In this document: positions 50,896 to 60,806 of the stretch, piece after piece
How the letters are laid out: every line of letters begins with the position of its first letter
How positions within the stretch are numbered: position 1 is the stretch's first letter
Assembly: GCA_963662285.2 (NCBI GenBank)
Contig: CAXXMV010000002.1
Coordinates: forward strand, 736,001-800,000
Length of the DNA: 64,000 bases
DNA from: a bacterium
GTDB lineage: Bacteria > Hinthialibacterota > Hinthialibacteria > Hinthialibacterales > Hinthialibacteraceae
Reading direction: 5' to 3'
Position numbers and translations under genes: made by a program
The notes under the pieces: generated by a model
What the model was told of the DNA's origin: nothing
What the model saw: the letters and a program-made list of their open reading frames with translations, nothing else
The model's database searches: none

Positions 50896-51957
50896 ATGTT
50901 ACAAACACCAAATAAACAAAAAACATGCTTACTGAAATACATCTCAGTTTGTCTTATGATGAGTTTTTTTGCGTTGGAAACCTGGTCGCAAAACAAACCA
51001 ATCCTGAGTATAGAATTGCCAACTGATGTAAGAACTGCGACAATACTTCATTCAGGAAAGGAATTTCTGGCAGGTACTTCATCATTAGAGCATGGCATCT
51101 ATCGAATCGACGCGCAGACTGGTGAAATTACAAGGCAATATAAACAGACATCTGATTTATGTAATATCGCTATAACTCAAGATGATAAATTGGCTATGTC
51201 TGGTACGATGTCTCACTCTGCGTTTGTATTCGATTTAGAATCAGGTGAGACGATTAATGCTTTTTGGACGTATGGCAACGGCCCTACTGAGCCATCATTT
51301 CCTGCCAAAGCAGTTTGCTTTTCTCCAGACGAAAAATATGCGGTAACAGCTGATTATCATGGTAAACTCCGGAGGTGGGATTTGGAAACAGGTAAACTTG
51401 TTCAAGAGGTTGTATTTCCCCATAATGATCCGACTTATGTGACATACCTGCCCAATGGCTATGAAGTTATGACCACAACATATTATCCCTACATTTGGAA
51501 TCTCAAAACAAATGAAGTTCGTCAATACCCTGAAATAGAAAGTTGGTATCCTCCCTCATTAGTAGGTAATAAATTACTGTTTTATTTGGGGAAGACAATG
51601 CAGTTATGGGATACGGAATCGTGGGCATTGTTAAAAGAATATGATTCAAGTGAATATACTACGAAATCCGTCGCTCTTTCTCCTGTTGGTGACAATATTC
51701 TTGTTGGCGGCGCAATAGGCAGCACAACAAACAAGGGTTATGATCGCCGCATCATTAAAACGGATACAGGCGTATTAGCCCGCACTTATCAAGTTAGAAG
51801 CGGCGCCAGTTTGGGAAGCCCGGAGAGTGAAGATCGGGTCGTCAGGTTTTTCCCCGATGGCAAAAAATTCCTCACCGTTAATGGCAACACAGTCCACATT
51901 TGGGATATCAAAGATTTGACATCCGCTGTGCACGGTTCAGAGGCGATAAAGCCTTAG
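50896..51957 (+). CDS. Secreted WD40-repeat beta-propeller protein
   Basis: AGGAGAG RBS before MLQTP; signal-like segment; FSPDEK...LRRWD, MQLWD, FFPDGK...VHIWD. Confidence 0.85.
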   Translation: MLQTPNKQKTCLLKYISVCLMMSFFALETWSQNKPILSIELPTDVRTATILHSGKEFLAGTSSLEHGIYRIDAQTGEITRQYKQTSDLCNIAITQDDKLAMSGTMSHSAFVFDLESGETINAFWTYGNGPTEPSFPAKAVCFSPDEKYAVTADYHGKLRRWDLETGKLVQEVVFPHNDPTYVTYLPNGYEVMTTTYYPYIWNLKTNEVRQYPEIESWYPPSLVGNKLLFYLGKTMQLWDTESWALLKEYDSSEYTTKSVALSPVGDNILVGGAIGSTTNKGYDRRIIKTDTGVLARTYQVRSGASLGSPESEDRVVRFFPDGKKFLTVNGNTVHIWDIKDLTSAVHGSEAIKP

Positions 51958-52008
51958 AGGTTAATTAAATTAAGTATGGACAACATTGTTCACGCAAGAA
52001 AGTGTAAC

Positions 52009-52045
52009 ATCCCCGGAGTGAGGAATCATTAATCCGCCTCCGGGG
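52009..52045. repeat. Hairpin repeat, copy 2 (between convergent WD40 and hemL; may act as a terminator)
   Basis: ATCCCCGGAG-TGAGGAATCATTAATCCGC-CTCCGGGG. Confidence 0.7.
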
Positions 52046-52050
52046 TATTT

Positions 52051-53334
52051 CTATTCCACCGCAGCCTGAAAAGCGCTAGCGGCGGCGTTGATGGTGCGTT
52101 CGATATCGCGGTTGGAGTGGGCGCTGGAGATGAAGAAGGCTTCGAAGGGCGATGGCGGCAGATATATGCCCTGGTCTAACATGCTGCGCCAGAATTTGGC
52201 GTACTGCTCTCCACTGGCGGCGCTGGATGATGCGAAATCGGTAACCGGATTGTCGCTGAAGAAAACTGTGAGCATCGATCCGACGCTGTTAATCTGAATC
52301 GACGCTCCCGCTTTATCCGCGCCTTTTTGCAGACCTCTGACAAGTTTCCTGGATTTCTTTTCCAAATCCTCATAGAAACCGCCGCTGCGCAGCATCTGAA
52401 TTGTAGCAATGCCGCATGCAGTGGCTATAGGATTACCCGACAAGGTTCCCGCCTGATAGACGTTGCCTTCGGGAGCGATATGCTTCATGATCTCATGGCT
52501 TCCGCCGTAAGCGCCGATAGGCATTCCGCCTCCGACAATCTTACCCAGGGTGGTCAGATCGGGCAGAACTTCATAGCGTTCCTGCGCTCCGCCTAAAGCA
52601 ATGCGGAAACCAGTCATGACTTCATCAAAAATAAGCACCGACTCGTTCTCAGTGCATAGCACCCGCAGAGTTTCCAGATAACCCGGTCCGGGAGGAACCA
52701 CGCCCATATTGCCAGCCACCGGTTCGAGAATTATCGCCGCAATCTGGCCTGAATTATTCTGGAATGCAGCGCGAACTGCATCTATATCGTTGTATGGGAC
52801 AAGTACTGTGTCTTTAACTACCGATTCAGGAACGCCGGGAGTGCTGGGGATAGCTAATGTGGCCATACCTGATCCCGCTTGAGCCAGCAGTGCGTCATGA
52901 TGCCCGTGATATCCGCCGGTCATCTTAACGATCTTGTCGCGTCCGGTGTATGCGCGAGCCAGTCGGATTGCGCTCATAGTGGCTTCAGTGCCCGAATTAA
53001 CCAACCGGACTTTATCCACCGTTGGCACTGAGTCGACGATCATCTGCGCCAGTTTGACTTCCCGTTCAGTGGGAACGCCGAAAGCAACGCCGCCTTTCAC
53101 TGCTTTTTGAATGGAAGATACCACTTCAGGATGGGCGTGTCCTAATATCAACGGCCCCCAGGCGCATACATAATCAATATACGTTTTGCCGTCTTCATCT
53201 GTTAAGACGCATCCCCTGCCGCTGGCGGCGAAGAATGGGTCTCCCCCCATCGATTTCCAGGCGCGCACGGGACTATTCACACCGCCGGGGATTAAAGTGG
53301 ATGCAGTTTTGAAAAGATCAGATGATTTGGACAT
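52051..53334 (-). CDS. hemL: Glutamate-1-semialdehyde 2,1-aminomutase
   Basis: PGGVNSPVRA, WGPLILGH, NSGTEATMSAIRLAR, LIFDEVMTGFR, GKIVGGG, YQAGTLSGNP; true start MSKSS (the ORF-track extension overlaps a tRNA). Confidence 0.96.
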   Translation of the reverse strand: MSKSSDLFKTASTLIPGGVNSPVRAWKSMGGDPFFAASGRGCVLTDEDGKTYIDYVCAWGPLILGHAHPEVVSSIQKAVKGGVAFGVPTEREVKLAQMIVDSVPTVDKVRLVNSGTEATMSAIRLARAYTGRDKIVKMTGGYHGHHDALLAQAGSGMATLAIPSTPGVPESVVKDTVLVPYNDIDAVRAAFQNNSGQIAAIILEPVAGNMGVVPPGPGYLETLRVLCTENESVLIFDEVMTGFRIALGGAQERYEVLPDLTTLGKIVGGGMPIGAYGGSHEIMKHIAPEGNVYQAGTLSGNPIATACGIATIQMLRSGGFYEDLEKKSRKLVRGLQKGADKAGASIQINSVGSMLTVFFSDNPVTDFASSSAASGEQYAKFWRSMLDQGIYLPPSPFEAFFISSAHSNRDIERTINAAASAFQAAVE

Positions 53335-53421
53335 AATTTTTTCTTCAGAACGCTTGTGATAACAAAATACATTCAAGCGATAGTTTAGGGTAGCGGCATC
53401 AAATAGATTATGAAACAACAA

Positions 53422-53459
53422 ATAAAAAACCGACAACTCAACGTAATCGAGTTGTCGGT
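53422..53459 (-). terminator. Rho-independent terminator after tRNA-Met
   Basis: ACCGACAACTC/GAGTTGTCGGT 11-bp stem followed by a U-run on the minus strand. Confidence 0.75.
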
Positions 53460-53469
53460 GGGATGTACA

Positions 53470-53546
53470 TGGTAGCGGCGCGAGGACTTGAACCTCGGAC
53501 GCCACGGATATGAGCCGTGTGCTCTAACCAGCTGAGCTACGCCGCC
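53470..53546 (-). tRNA. tRNA-Met(CAT), elongator type, CCA encoded
   Basis: GGCGGCGTAGCTCAGCTGGTTAGAGCACACGG-CTCATAT-CCGTGGCGTCCGAGGTTCAAGTCCTCGCGCCGCTACCA; lacks initiator features; Ile2 not fully excluded. Confidence 0.93.
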
Positions 53547-53702
53547 ATTATTTTTCAGAAACAACCCGTTTCTAAAATACAGTGACTATTGTAATAGCCT
53601 TGCATTTCGTCTGGAAGAGGGAACAGTTTCTATATTAGAAATTAATCAAAAAATTATCAAAAAATAATTAGATAATAATTCTAAAATAATTAAAAAACTT
53701 TA

Positions 53703-54116
53703 TTAACACAATTCCTCGGTCTTAAAAAACAGGCCAATTTCGCGTTGAGCGCTTTCGGGCGAATCGCTGCCATGCACAATATTGCGCGTGAAATTATTGG
53801 CCAAATCGCCGCGAATGGTTCCCGGAGCGGATTCGATAGGATTAGTCTTGCCCATCATGGTGCGCATGGCGGTTACAACCTGGTCGCCCTGCCAAACCAT
53901 CGCTACTACCGGACCTTCAGTAATATAATCGATCAACTCGCCAAAAAACGGCTTCTCTTTATGCTCGCCGTAATGCTGATTAGCCAGTTCGGTTGGAACC
54001 TGCATCAGCTTCATGCCAACCAAGTCCCAGCCGCGTCTTTCCAATCGGCCGATGATTTCGCCAACCAGTTTGCGCTCTACGCCATCCGGCTTAATCAAAA
54101 GTAATGTACGTTCCAT
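53703..54116 (-). CDS. ndk: Nucleoside diphosphate kinase
   Basis: [27 protein letters not shown]. Confidence 0.97.
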   Translation of the reverse strand: MERTLLLIKPDGVERKLVGEIIGRLERRGWDLVGMKLMQVPTELANQHYGEHKEKPFFGELIDYITEGPVVAMVWQGDQVVTAMRTMMGKTNPIESAPGTIRGDLANNFTRNIVHGSDSPESAQREIGLFFKTEELC

Positions 54117-54264
54117 CAAACTATAACCACCCTTATCGGTTTTTTCTCTTCGGACGGGAGAACTTAGCAGCCCATCGCTATTCAATCAAGCAGCATGAGC
54201 CATTTATGCTGCCGAACCGCATTTATTTTTATAAAAAGCAATCTTATGCAAAAACCGGATTTTC

Positions 54265-56802
54265 TTATATTGCTTCTTCAGAAGAGTCAACATAAATTTG
54301 AGGTTTTTGCTCATCCTTCAAAACAACTTGCAGAATATCTTCAGGAATGGGCTTGATCGAAATAACATCATATCTTCCGGTGTGGGTTGGCAATTCAATG
54401 TCAACTTTGTCTCCTACCTTTTTGCCTATGAAAGCCATCGCAAAAGGCGCTTGATATGATAATACATTAATCTCTGGATTAGATTCCCACGGACCGAGCA
54501 TAACATATTCTTCAATGATATCGGTTCCAAATGGAGTGACGCTGAAACAAACGCCGAAATTAACTACGTCATATTCCACCTGGCTCAGATCGATGACTTG
54601 AGCTTTATGAAGCGCTTCTTCAAGTTCACCGGTTTGTGAGGCCAGCAGTTTTTGCTTATCTCTTGCAGCATGATATTCAGCATTCTCTTTGAGATCGCCG
54701 TGTTCACGGGCGATTTCTATCTCTCTTACCACCTCTGGCAGATCAATCTCAACCAGCCGTTTAAATAGAGCCTGTTTTCGTTCATAGTATAACTTAAGAC
54801 AAAGTATCCCCTGGAAAATAATTGCCTCGTCTTTACTTGCAGCGGATATAGATGGAAACCGCGCTCGAATTATAGTGGTTAAATCGGTTGCAGTACGGGA
54901 ATCAAATCCTTCATTGGTCTGAGCGCGCCGGTAGATCGATTGCGCAACGCTGGCATCGGCGTTTTGAATATGTTCCTTAAACAGACTGTAGCGGTCTTTG
55001 CGGATCAGATCGCGTGCATCTCCAGCAACTTTTCTGAGCCATAAAGCTTCATCTTTTTCACGTCGCTTCGCTTGGCTGGTGAGATAATCCACTAAAAGAA
55101 GAAGTCTTTCAACTATCAAAGCGTTACTTATTTTTCCTTCAAGCCAGGTCTCGCCTTTTACTAATACTTGTCCGGCCAACCAAATAAAAGTATATGGATA
55201 CAGCCTGAATTCGGCGATCATCTTTTCTACAACCGACATAATCAAGTTTTCATGATCCGACTTTTTCAGAGTATTAGCTAATTCATCGCGGATCATGATG
55301 CCTGGTTCCAGTAATAACTGTTGAAAAATACCAGGCCATTCTTCAGGGTGAATCTCTAAAAATCGTTTAGCGTATTGCCATTGATGAGCCTTGAAGCGTA
55401 AATTCTGAATAATCCTGACTGCCTTTTTGACATCCTGTATTGTGTCATCCATGATTTCCTGCGGCATTGATTCGATTGCTTCAGAATATTTCTTAAGTCC
55501 TTCATTTGTGAGCCATAACTCAACTCTCTCGGATTTGCTTCTACGTCTAGGCGTAAGAGATTTAAGCTTGTTCGAAAAATGGCGGATAACATGTTCATGC
55601 ATATCCGCTTTCTTGGTGGTGCGAAGATATTCGTTGATTTGATCAACTTTGGTATGAGGCGCCTTGGTTTCATCGAAGCGTTTCAGGAGTTCTTCTTCAT
55701 CACTGGATTCCTGGTCGCGCAAAGTGTATCTTTTTATTGAACCACCTGAAACAGAGATGTATGGATCGCGGCGCATGGCTGAATTAGTTTTTGACCACCA
55801 TGTGGTCCATTCACGTACGTTGATCACATCTGGAACCAGGTTTTCTTTTATGTCTTTGGCTGCTAAACTCCCGCCAAAACTTTTCAAGACATTTTTGATG
55901 AACTCAACTGGCTCGTCTCGTAATTTCTTCAATAACTCTTCAGAATTTATGACCTTTTGCACCCGGAAATCTTCTTCAGCCAGTGGTTCAACTGCTTTTT
56001 TAGCAAGTTCCACATTCATCTTATGGTTGCGCTTGCGTTGAAAGTTAATTAATACTGTGTGTCTGCTTATATCCAGGTCTTTGACTTTGCCGATCCCCCA
56101 GTCCGGGTGACGAAGATAGGAGCCGGGCAGGAAATTCATGAATAATTCCACATCTACCAGAGCTTCCATCATTGGTCGATCCTTGCGGATTCCTGAATAT
56201 TCCAACACTGCATCCATATGAGGAAGAGCATGCATTTTCTTGAGCGTATCAATGATCGGCTCACGTAAAGATATATCTTTTGGAGTCAATTCTAAAACTC
56301 TTTTAAGCAGTTGGAATTGTCCATCCCAATCTTTGCGTTCCTCGAATGAAGGAAGCAGCATCTGTATTAAAATAGCTGCGCGTTGATGTTGTTTTATATC
56401 TTGCAGTTTTCGCGAAATCCTTATGTAGAAATCAACATTGCCCGTTTCGATCTCTGATATTTCCAACCAGAGTTGTTCCACTGAATCATATTGTCGTTCT
56501 GCAACTGCGTTTTCCAGCCCTATCTCCAAATAACGAACCGCTTCTTTCTTTTCTCCTTGCTTTTTATAAAACTTGGATAGTTTATGGGCGGTATCAATAA
56601 TCCGGTCGTTCATCTCAAATAATCGGATTAGTGCGGCTTCATACTCTTCATTTATATAATCCAGATGGTCGAGTGATTGCACTAATGCTCTTAGAGCATA
56701 AATCTCTTCAGGATCGGTTTTCAGATGTTCGCGTGTTTGTTCGAGAACTTCTTTCCATTGTTCTTTCTGTCGCAGCAGGTTAAGTTCTTCCAGTGTGACC
56801 AT
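54265..56802 (-). CDS. greA: Transcription elongation factor GreA with a long N-terminal extension
   Basis: C-terminal AREHGDLKENAEYHAAR, LGPWES, SYQAP; ~680-aa helical N-terminus with HPDWGIGKV and WTTWWSK; start MVTLEE chosen. Confidence 0.85.
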   Translation of the reverse strand: MVTLEELNLLRQKEQWKEVLEQTREHLKTDPEEIYALRALVQSLDHLDYINEEYEAALIRLFEMNDRIIDTAHKLSKFYKKQGEKKEAVRYLEIGLENAVAERQYDSVEQLWLEISEIETGNVDFYIRISRKLQDIKQHQRAAILIQMLLPSFEERKDWDGQFQLLKRVLELTPKDISLREPIIDTLKKMHALPHMDAVLEYSGIRKDRPMMEALVDVELFMNFLPGSYLRHPDWGIGKVKDLDISRHTVLINFQRKRNHKMNVELAKKAVEPLAEEDFRVQKVINSEELLKKLRDEPVEFIKNVLKSFGGSLAAKDIKENLVPDVINVREWTTWWSKTNSAMRRDPYISVSGGSIKRYTLRDQESSDEEELLKRFDETKAPHTKVDQINEYLRTTKKADMHEHVIRHFSNKLKSLTPRRRSKSERVELWLTNEGLKKYSEAIESMPQEIMDDTIQDVKKAVRIIQNLRFKAHQWQYAKRFLEIHPEEWPGIFQQLLLEPGIMIRDELANTLKKSDHENLIMSVVEKMIAEFRLYPYTFIWLAGQVLVKGETWLEGKISNALIVERLLLLVDYLTSQAKRREKDEALWLRKVAGDARDLIRKDRYSLFKEHIQNADASVAQSIYRRAQTNEGFDSRTATDLTTIIRARFPSISAASKDEAIIFQGILCLKLYYERKQALFKRLVEIDLPEVVREIEIAREHGDLKENAEYHAARDKQKLLASQTGELEEALHKAQVIDLSQVEYDVVNFGVCFSVTPFGTDIIEEYVMLGPWESNPEINVLSYQAPFAMAFIGKKVGDKVDIELPTHTGRYDVISIKPIPEDILQVVLKDEQKPQIYVDSSEEAI

Positions 56803-57422
56803 TGGTATCGCCCCATGTTTTTTAAATTTGAGTGGTATCAAAAATCTTGGTTTTTCGTACTTTAAAGCGATTCTCAAAAATATGCTCGATAATTATTGCG
56901 TCTAAAAAAAGCCTATATTATCCATCTTTTTCGAAAACTTAAACAGAACGTTATTCTGTACATTACTCTAGCGATTGATAAATTAAATGCGTTTACGCAG
57001 TAGTGCAAAGTTCAAAAGTGCGGTAGTTCAAAGTTAAAATAAAGAAGGAATTATGAACTGATTTGGAAATTTCTATACGCACTTACATGTGGCAACCACT
57101 ATATCGGTCCTGAAATCCAATTCTTGGCGCATCTTAAGTATTTTAGCAGCATTCTTTATACAAGCCACCTGCTTAGAATTTGTCGTTTATCATATATATA
57201 TGTCTGATGCACAGATTTTCTGAATAATTTAAGATTTTTATCTTCTTGAAAATAAAGCCCCTGTAAGGCATTTTAGTAAAAATTAGCATTTGATGGAGTG
57301 ATTTCTAAGTCTACAAAAGGATTTTTAGCAAATCCACCTCTTTAAATACGTGAAAAAATAAATTTTTAACTGCTATAATAATTGCCTTACAATATGATTC
57401 CCTATTACATCTTTATTGGAGA

Positions 57423-57890
57423 ATGAACACTGTGCCTCCAGAACTTACGCATCAATATTTCATGCGCTTGGCTATCAATCAAGCAAAAATCGCCCAAGCG
57501 CATGGAGATATCCCCGTCGGCGCCATAATAGTCAGGGATGGAGAAGTTATCGGTCGCGGACGTAATCAACGCGAAGAAAAGAATGATCCAACCGCCCATG
57601 CTGAAATCTGTGCGCTTAGAGACGCCGCTGCGCAGATTGGCAGCTGGCGGCTTTCTGGATCTTCGCTCTATTGTACCTTAGAACCCTGCATCCTATGTTC
57701 CGGGGCAATTGTCCAATCACAAATTGAGCACCTTTATTACGGCGCCGCCGACCCGAAATCTGGTGGAGTGGAAAGTCTATACCAGATACTGGAAGACAAG
57801 CGATTAAATCATCAAGTTTTAGTTCATTCAGGAATTTCTCTCGAAGAATGCGAATGGTTATTGAAAGATTTTTTTGATCGGCTACGATAA
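57423..57890 (+). CDS. tadA: tRNA adenosine(34) deaminase
   Basis: PVGAIIV, DPTAHAEI, TLEPCILC, DPKSG, LNHQV. Confidence 0.95.
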   Translation: MNTVPPELTHQYFMRLAINQAKIAQAHGDIPVGAIIVRDGEVIGRGRNQREEKNDPTAHAEICALRDAAAQIGSWRLSGSSLYCTLEPCILCSGAIVQSQIEHLYYGAADPKSGGVESLYQILEDKRLNHQVLVHSGISLEECEWLLKDFFDRLR

Positions 57891-58010
57891 GCATCATCGT
57901 GATCATGCGATTTTGATTCACAGGTTGGTTCTAAACGACAAGTTTGTGATTTTATAGGTTTGATTTAAACGATTAGAGTAATGAATAAAAGGTTTTGTTT
58001 ATAACGACTA

Positions 58011-58097
58011 GGAGGGGTGGCCGAGTGGTTGAAGGCGCCCGCCTCGAAAGCGGGTATGCGGGAAACCGCATCGTGGGTTCGAACCCCACCTCCTCCG
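58011..58097 (+). tRNA. tRNA-Ser(CGA), long variable arm, CCA not encoded
   Basis: GGAGGGG acceptor, CCCGC-CTCGAAA-GCGGG anticodon arm, TGCGG-GAAA-CCGCA variable arm, GTTCGAACC T-loop, G discriminator. Confidence 0.95.
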
Positions 58098-58132
58098 TTA
58101 TAATACCTTAGATAATTATAACCTTACATACT

Positions 58133-59758
58133 TTATTTTGCTTCTACTTTCTTTGCATCATCAGTGCTTTCTTCACCGCTTCCCTCCGCATCCTTTTTAT
58201 CCGTATCGTCTCCTTTTTTCTTCTTATCCTTATCATCACGTTCTTTATAAGCAAAAACATTGATCTCATTTTTGATTAGCAGAAAAAAGGCTTTGCTGGT
58301 TTGCGATTTTACGGTTAATGAATTTCCTAGAATGGTTATTTGCGTACCGGGCCAGGCGACTTGTTTCGCTACAACTCCGGTTATTCTGCTTAACGCGCCA
58401 TCAATTTCCTCTTTAATCAGACGTTGATCTTCCTGCATACGCTTTACCTGTGATTGAAGCTGTAGGCCGCTACGGATGATCTTTAGGCGTAACTCCGTCT
58501 GCTCAGGGCTTAATTTTCCTGCATCTCGTAATTGGTTTAATGTACTAGTTGCTTGCTGTAATTTCTTATAATTCTCTATTAAAGAATTAATTTTCTGGGA
58601 TTGCTCATTTTTTAAATCAATTCTCTTGTTGATCTCGACGCCAAGTTCCAACTTTGTTTTTACGCCCAGTTCCGAGCCAATCACAGATGCTGATATTTCC
58701 TCTTCTGCTGTGATTTCTCCGCCCACAATTGTTGTTTTGGGTCCATCCAGTAAAACTCTCTTGTTTGCTTTAATAATTGAATTGGATATCGCTCCGCTAA
58801 CTACAACATCCTTGCCTGCTGTTACTGTGGCGTTGTTGATGAACTTGGCTGTTACATCTCCACCAGCGGTTATCTTGGCTTTTTGATCGCCTTGAATGCC
58901 GCCATTGATAAATATATTTCCCTCCGCTATTAGAATAGCGCCTTCAACAATCCCATTTATATGAATGTCGTTCCCGGCTTCTACCTTGAAATCGGTCAAA
59001 ACGCTTCCGGTTATCATCACCGTTCCGCCGTAATTAACATTACCAGATTTAAAATCTATATCACCCTCAACTGAATAAGTTGTTGTGACAGAAATCTTTT
59101 CTCCCTCTCGACAGACTACTCCTTTGATTTCCGAATATAATTCGTTGCCATCTTCGCTGATGCGAACGCCTTTACCTGCGGGAAATTTGGCTGGTTTACC
59201 AGGTTTAGAAGGGATTGCTTCACCATAGACATTTTTGCCAGGTTCACCGTTTGTAGGTGGAATTAATATCCCAAGTAGTTCATCTTCCTCGACTTGCAAA
59301 ACATGATGTTGATCTTTCCAATCCACCTGACCACCATGTTCGACCAGTTTGGCGCCATCCAGGATTGATAAATCCACCTTCCAATCGACATATCCGTCTT
59401 TTCCATTTTGGAGTTGCAAGCCTTTTGATACTAGTACCGGTTCATTAAAAATTTTATTATCGATTATTTTCTGGAGTTGTGACTTGTTAATCTCGTAAAT
59501 TACGCGATTGCCTCGCAAAAAACGGTATAAATCGTTAGCAGAATAACATTCGGCGTATTCAACCGATAACTCCAGACGAGCGGACATCTTGCAGGCTGAA
59601 ACATCCAGGCTCAATCCATCTCCCCAAGAAAAATCCTTCGGCATTTTCGCTGTTTCTTCAGCGACCTCTTTGTCTGGAGATGATTTCGGCTGATTTGGAG
59701 TTGGTTCTTTTTTCTCGTTAATTTCTTTGTTGGGTTCGGTAATTTGGTCGGTCATCAT
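58133..59758 (-). CDS. FapA (DUF342) family protein
   Basis: G.DG.V, PPT.G.PG.NVYGE, VEGDIDFKSGNV, beta-helical G.I...G repeats, GSELGVKT. Confidence 0.85.
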   Translation of the reverse strand: MMTDQITEPNKEINEKKEPTPNQPKSSPDKEVAEETAKMPKDFSWGDGLSLDVSACKMSARLELSVEYAECYSANDLYRFLRGNRVIYEINKSQLQKIIDNKIFNEPVLVSKGLQLQNGKDGYVDWKVDLSILDGAKLVEHGGQVDWKDQHHVLQVEEDELLGILIPPTNGEPGKNVYGEAIPSKPGKPAKFPAGKGVRISEDGNELYSEIKGVVCREGEKISVTTTYSVEGDIDFKSGNVNYGGTVMITGSVLTDFKVEAGNDIHINGIVEGAILIAEGNIFINGGIQGDQKAKITAGGDVTAKFINNATVTAGKDVVVSGAISNSIIKANKRVLLDGPKTTIVGGEITAEEEISASVIGSELGVKTKLELGVEINKRIDLKNEQSQKINSLIENYKKLQQATSTLNQLRDAGKLSPEQTELRLKIIRSGLQLQSQVKRMQEDQRLIKEEIDGALSRITGVVAKQVAWPGTQITILGNSLTVKSQTSKAFFLLIKNEINVFAYKERDDKDKKKKGDDTDKKDAEGSGEESTDDAKKVEAK

Positions 59759-59959
59759 GCCGGCCTTTCATTTTTAACCAGTATTTCCTGGATATGATTC
59801 GGCTTCCTATTCATTAAATTTAAGTTAATAAAATATTCATTTAACTAAGTTCTTGTATAATCACAAAGCATTGATATATTATCCTATATTACTTATATTA
59901 ACTGAATTATATTTATCGGCAAGCATGAATTATAATTGTGTTATTCGGAGTATAAGATT

Positions 59960-60736
59960 ATGAAACCTTTACGCACCCTTTTTTCTCTATGGCTATGTCT
60001 ATCAATTATACTTTTTTTCTCAGGATGCGCTTCAAGAGAAATTAATTCTCTTCAGCAGTCTGTCGCCAATTTGGAAAATCGGATGATTGACTACCAGGTC
60101 TCTTCTTCACAGGATGTTGCTGAAACAACTTCTAAAGTCACGCAAGTCAATCAAACCGTTAATAAAGCTTTCAACGATATTCGTTACTCACAATCCAACA
60201 TAGGAACCATGATTGAACAACTATCTGACCGGCTTGTAAAAGTTGAACAGGATATTTCTGCATTACAGCAAAGTTCCCAGCGCATCGATTCTTTCTCGTC
60301 TGAAAGTTATACAAATCTTACTGATCGGATCAACGGAACGGAAGAGTTGATGAAAACTCAACGTCGGCAAGATATCGAAGCCATTCAGCAAAATCTAAAT
60401 TCTTTAGCTGAAAATATAACTTCAATAAAATCAATCCAAAATGTCAACCAGCGTTCCATAAACAGCCTGGAAACCAAAATTTCTTCCGTTAGTGAAGAAA
60501 ATCGCAAAATTTATCGTCAAATTCTAAAAGAATTAGGCGCTAATGTGCCGGGAGAAGCCGATCTATCTTCTATTGAAGCTGAAGATTCCGGTCAAACTCA
60601 TAAAGTTGAAAAGGGAGAAACGCTGAGCGCCATTGCTTCGAAACGCGGTGTGAGCGTCCAAGCCATTCAAATACTTAATGGCATAGATAATGCATCCCAT
60701 ATTCGCATCGGGCAGGTTCTTCGCATCCCGAAATAA
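59960..60736 (+). CDS. Lipoprotein with long coiled coil and C-terminal LysM domain
   Basis: Lipobox FFSGC; heptad-rich middle; HKVEKGETLSAIA...IRIGQVLRIP. Confidence 0.85.
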   Translation: MKPLRTLFSLWLCLSIILFFSGCASREINSLQQSVANLENRMIDYQVSSSQDVAETTSKVTQVNQTVNKAFNDIRYSQSNIGTMIEQLSDRLVKVEQDISALQQSSQRIDSFSSESYTNLTDRINGTEELMKTQRRQDIEAIQQNLNSLAENITSIKSIQNVNQRSINSLETKISSVSEENRKIYRQILKELGANVPGEADLSSIEAEDSGQTHKVEKGETLSAIASKRGVSVQAIQILNGIDNASHIRIGQVLRIPK

Positions 60737-60806
60737 CATCCTGCCAATGTTATAATGCAGCGGTTGGCTCATGCCTCTGGTCAATGTTTGTAAATAAAAT
60801 ATACTA

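Noticed and set aside
53335-53505. 57-aa N-terminal extension of HemL in the ORF track
   Set aside because: Overlaps tRNA-Met and its terminator; homology starts at MSKSS
58011-58097. tRNA-Ser or tRNA-Met as the integration site of an island
   Set aside because: No duplicated tRNA 3' end or integrase found; the flanks are housekeeping genes
58133-59758. Flagellar gene cluster implied by FapA
   Set aside because: No other flagellar genes in the window; DUF342 genes are often orphan
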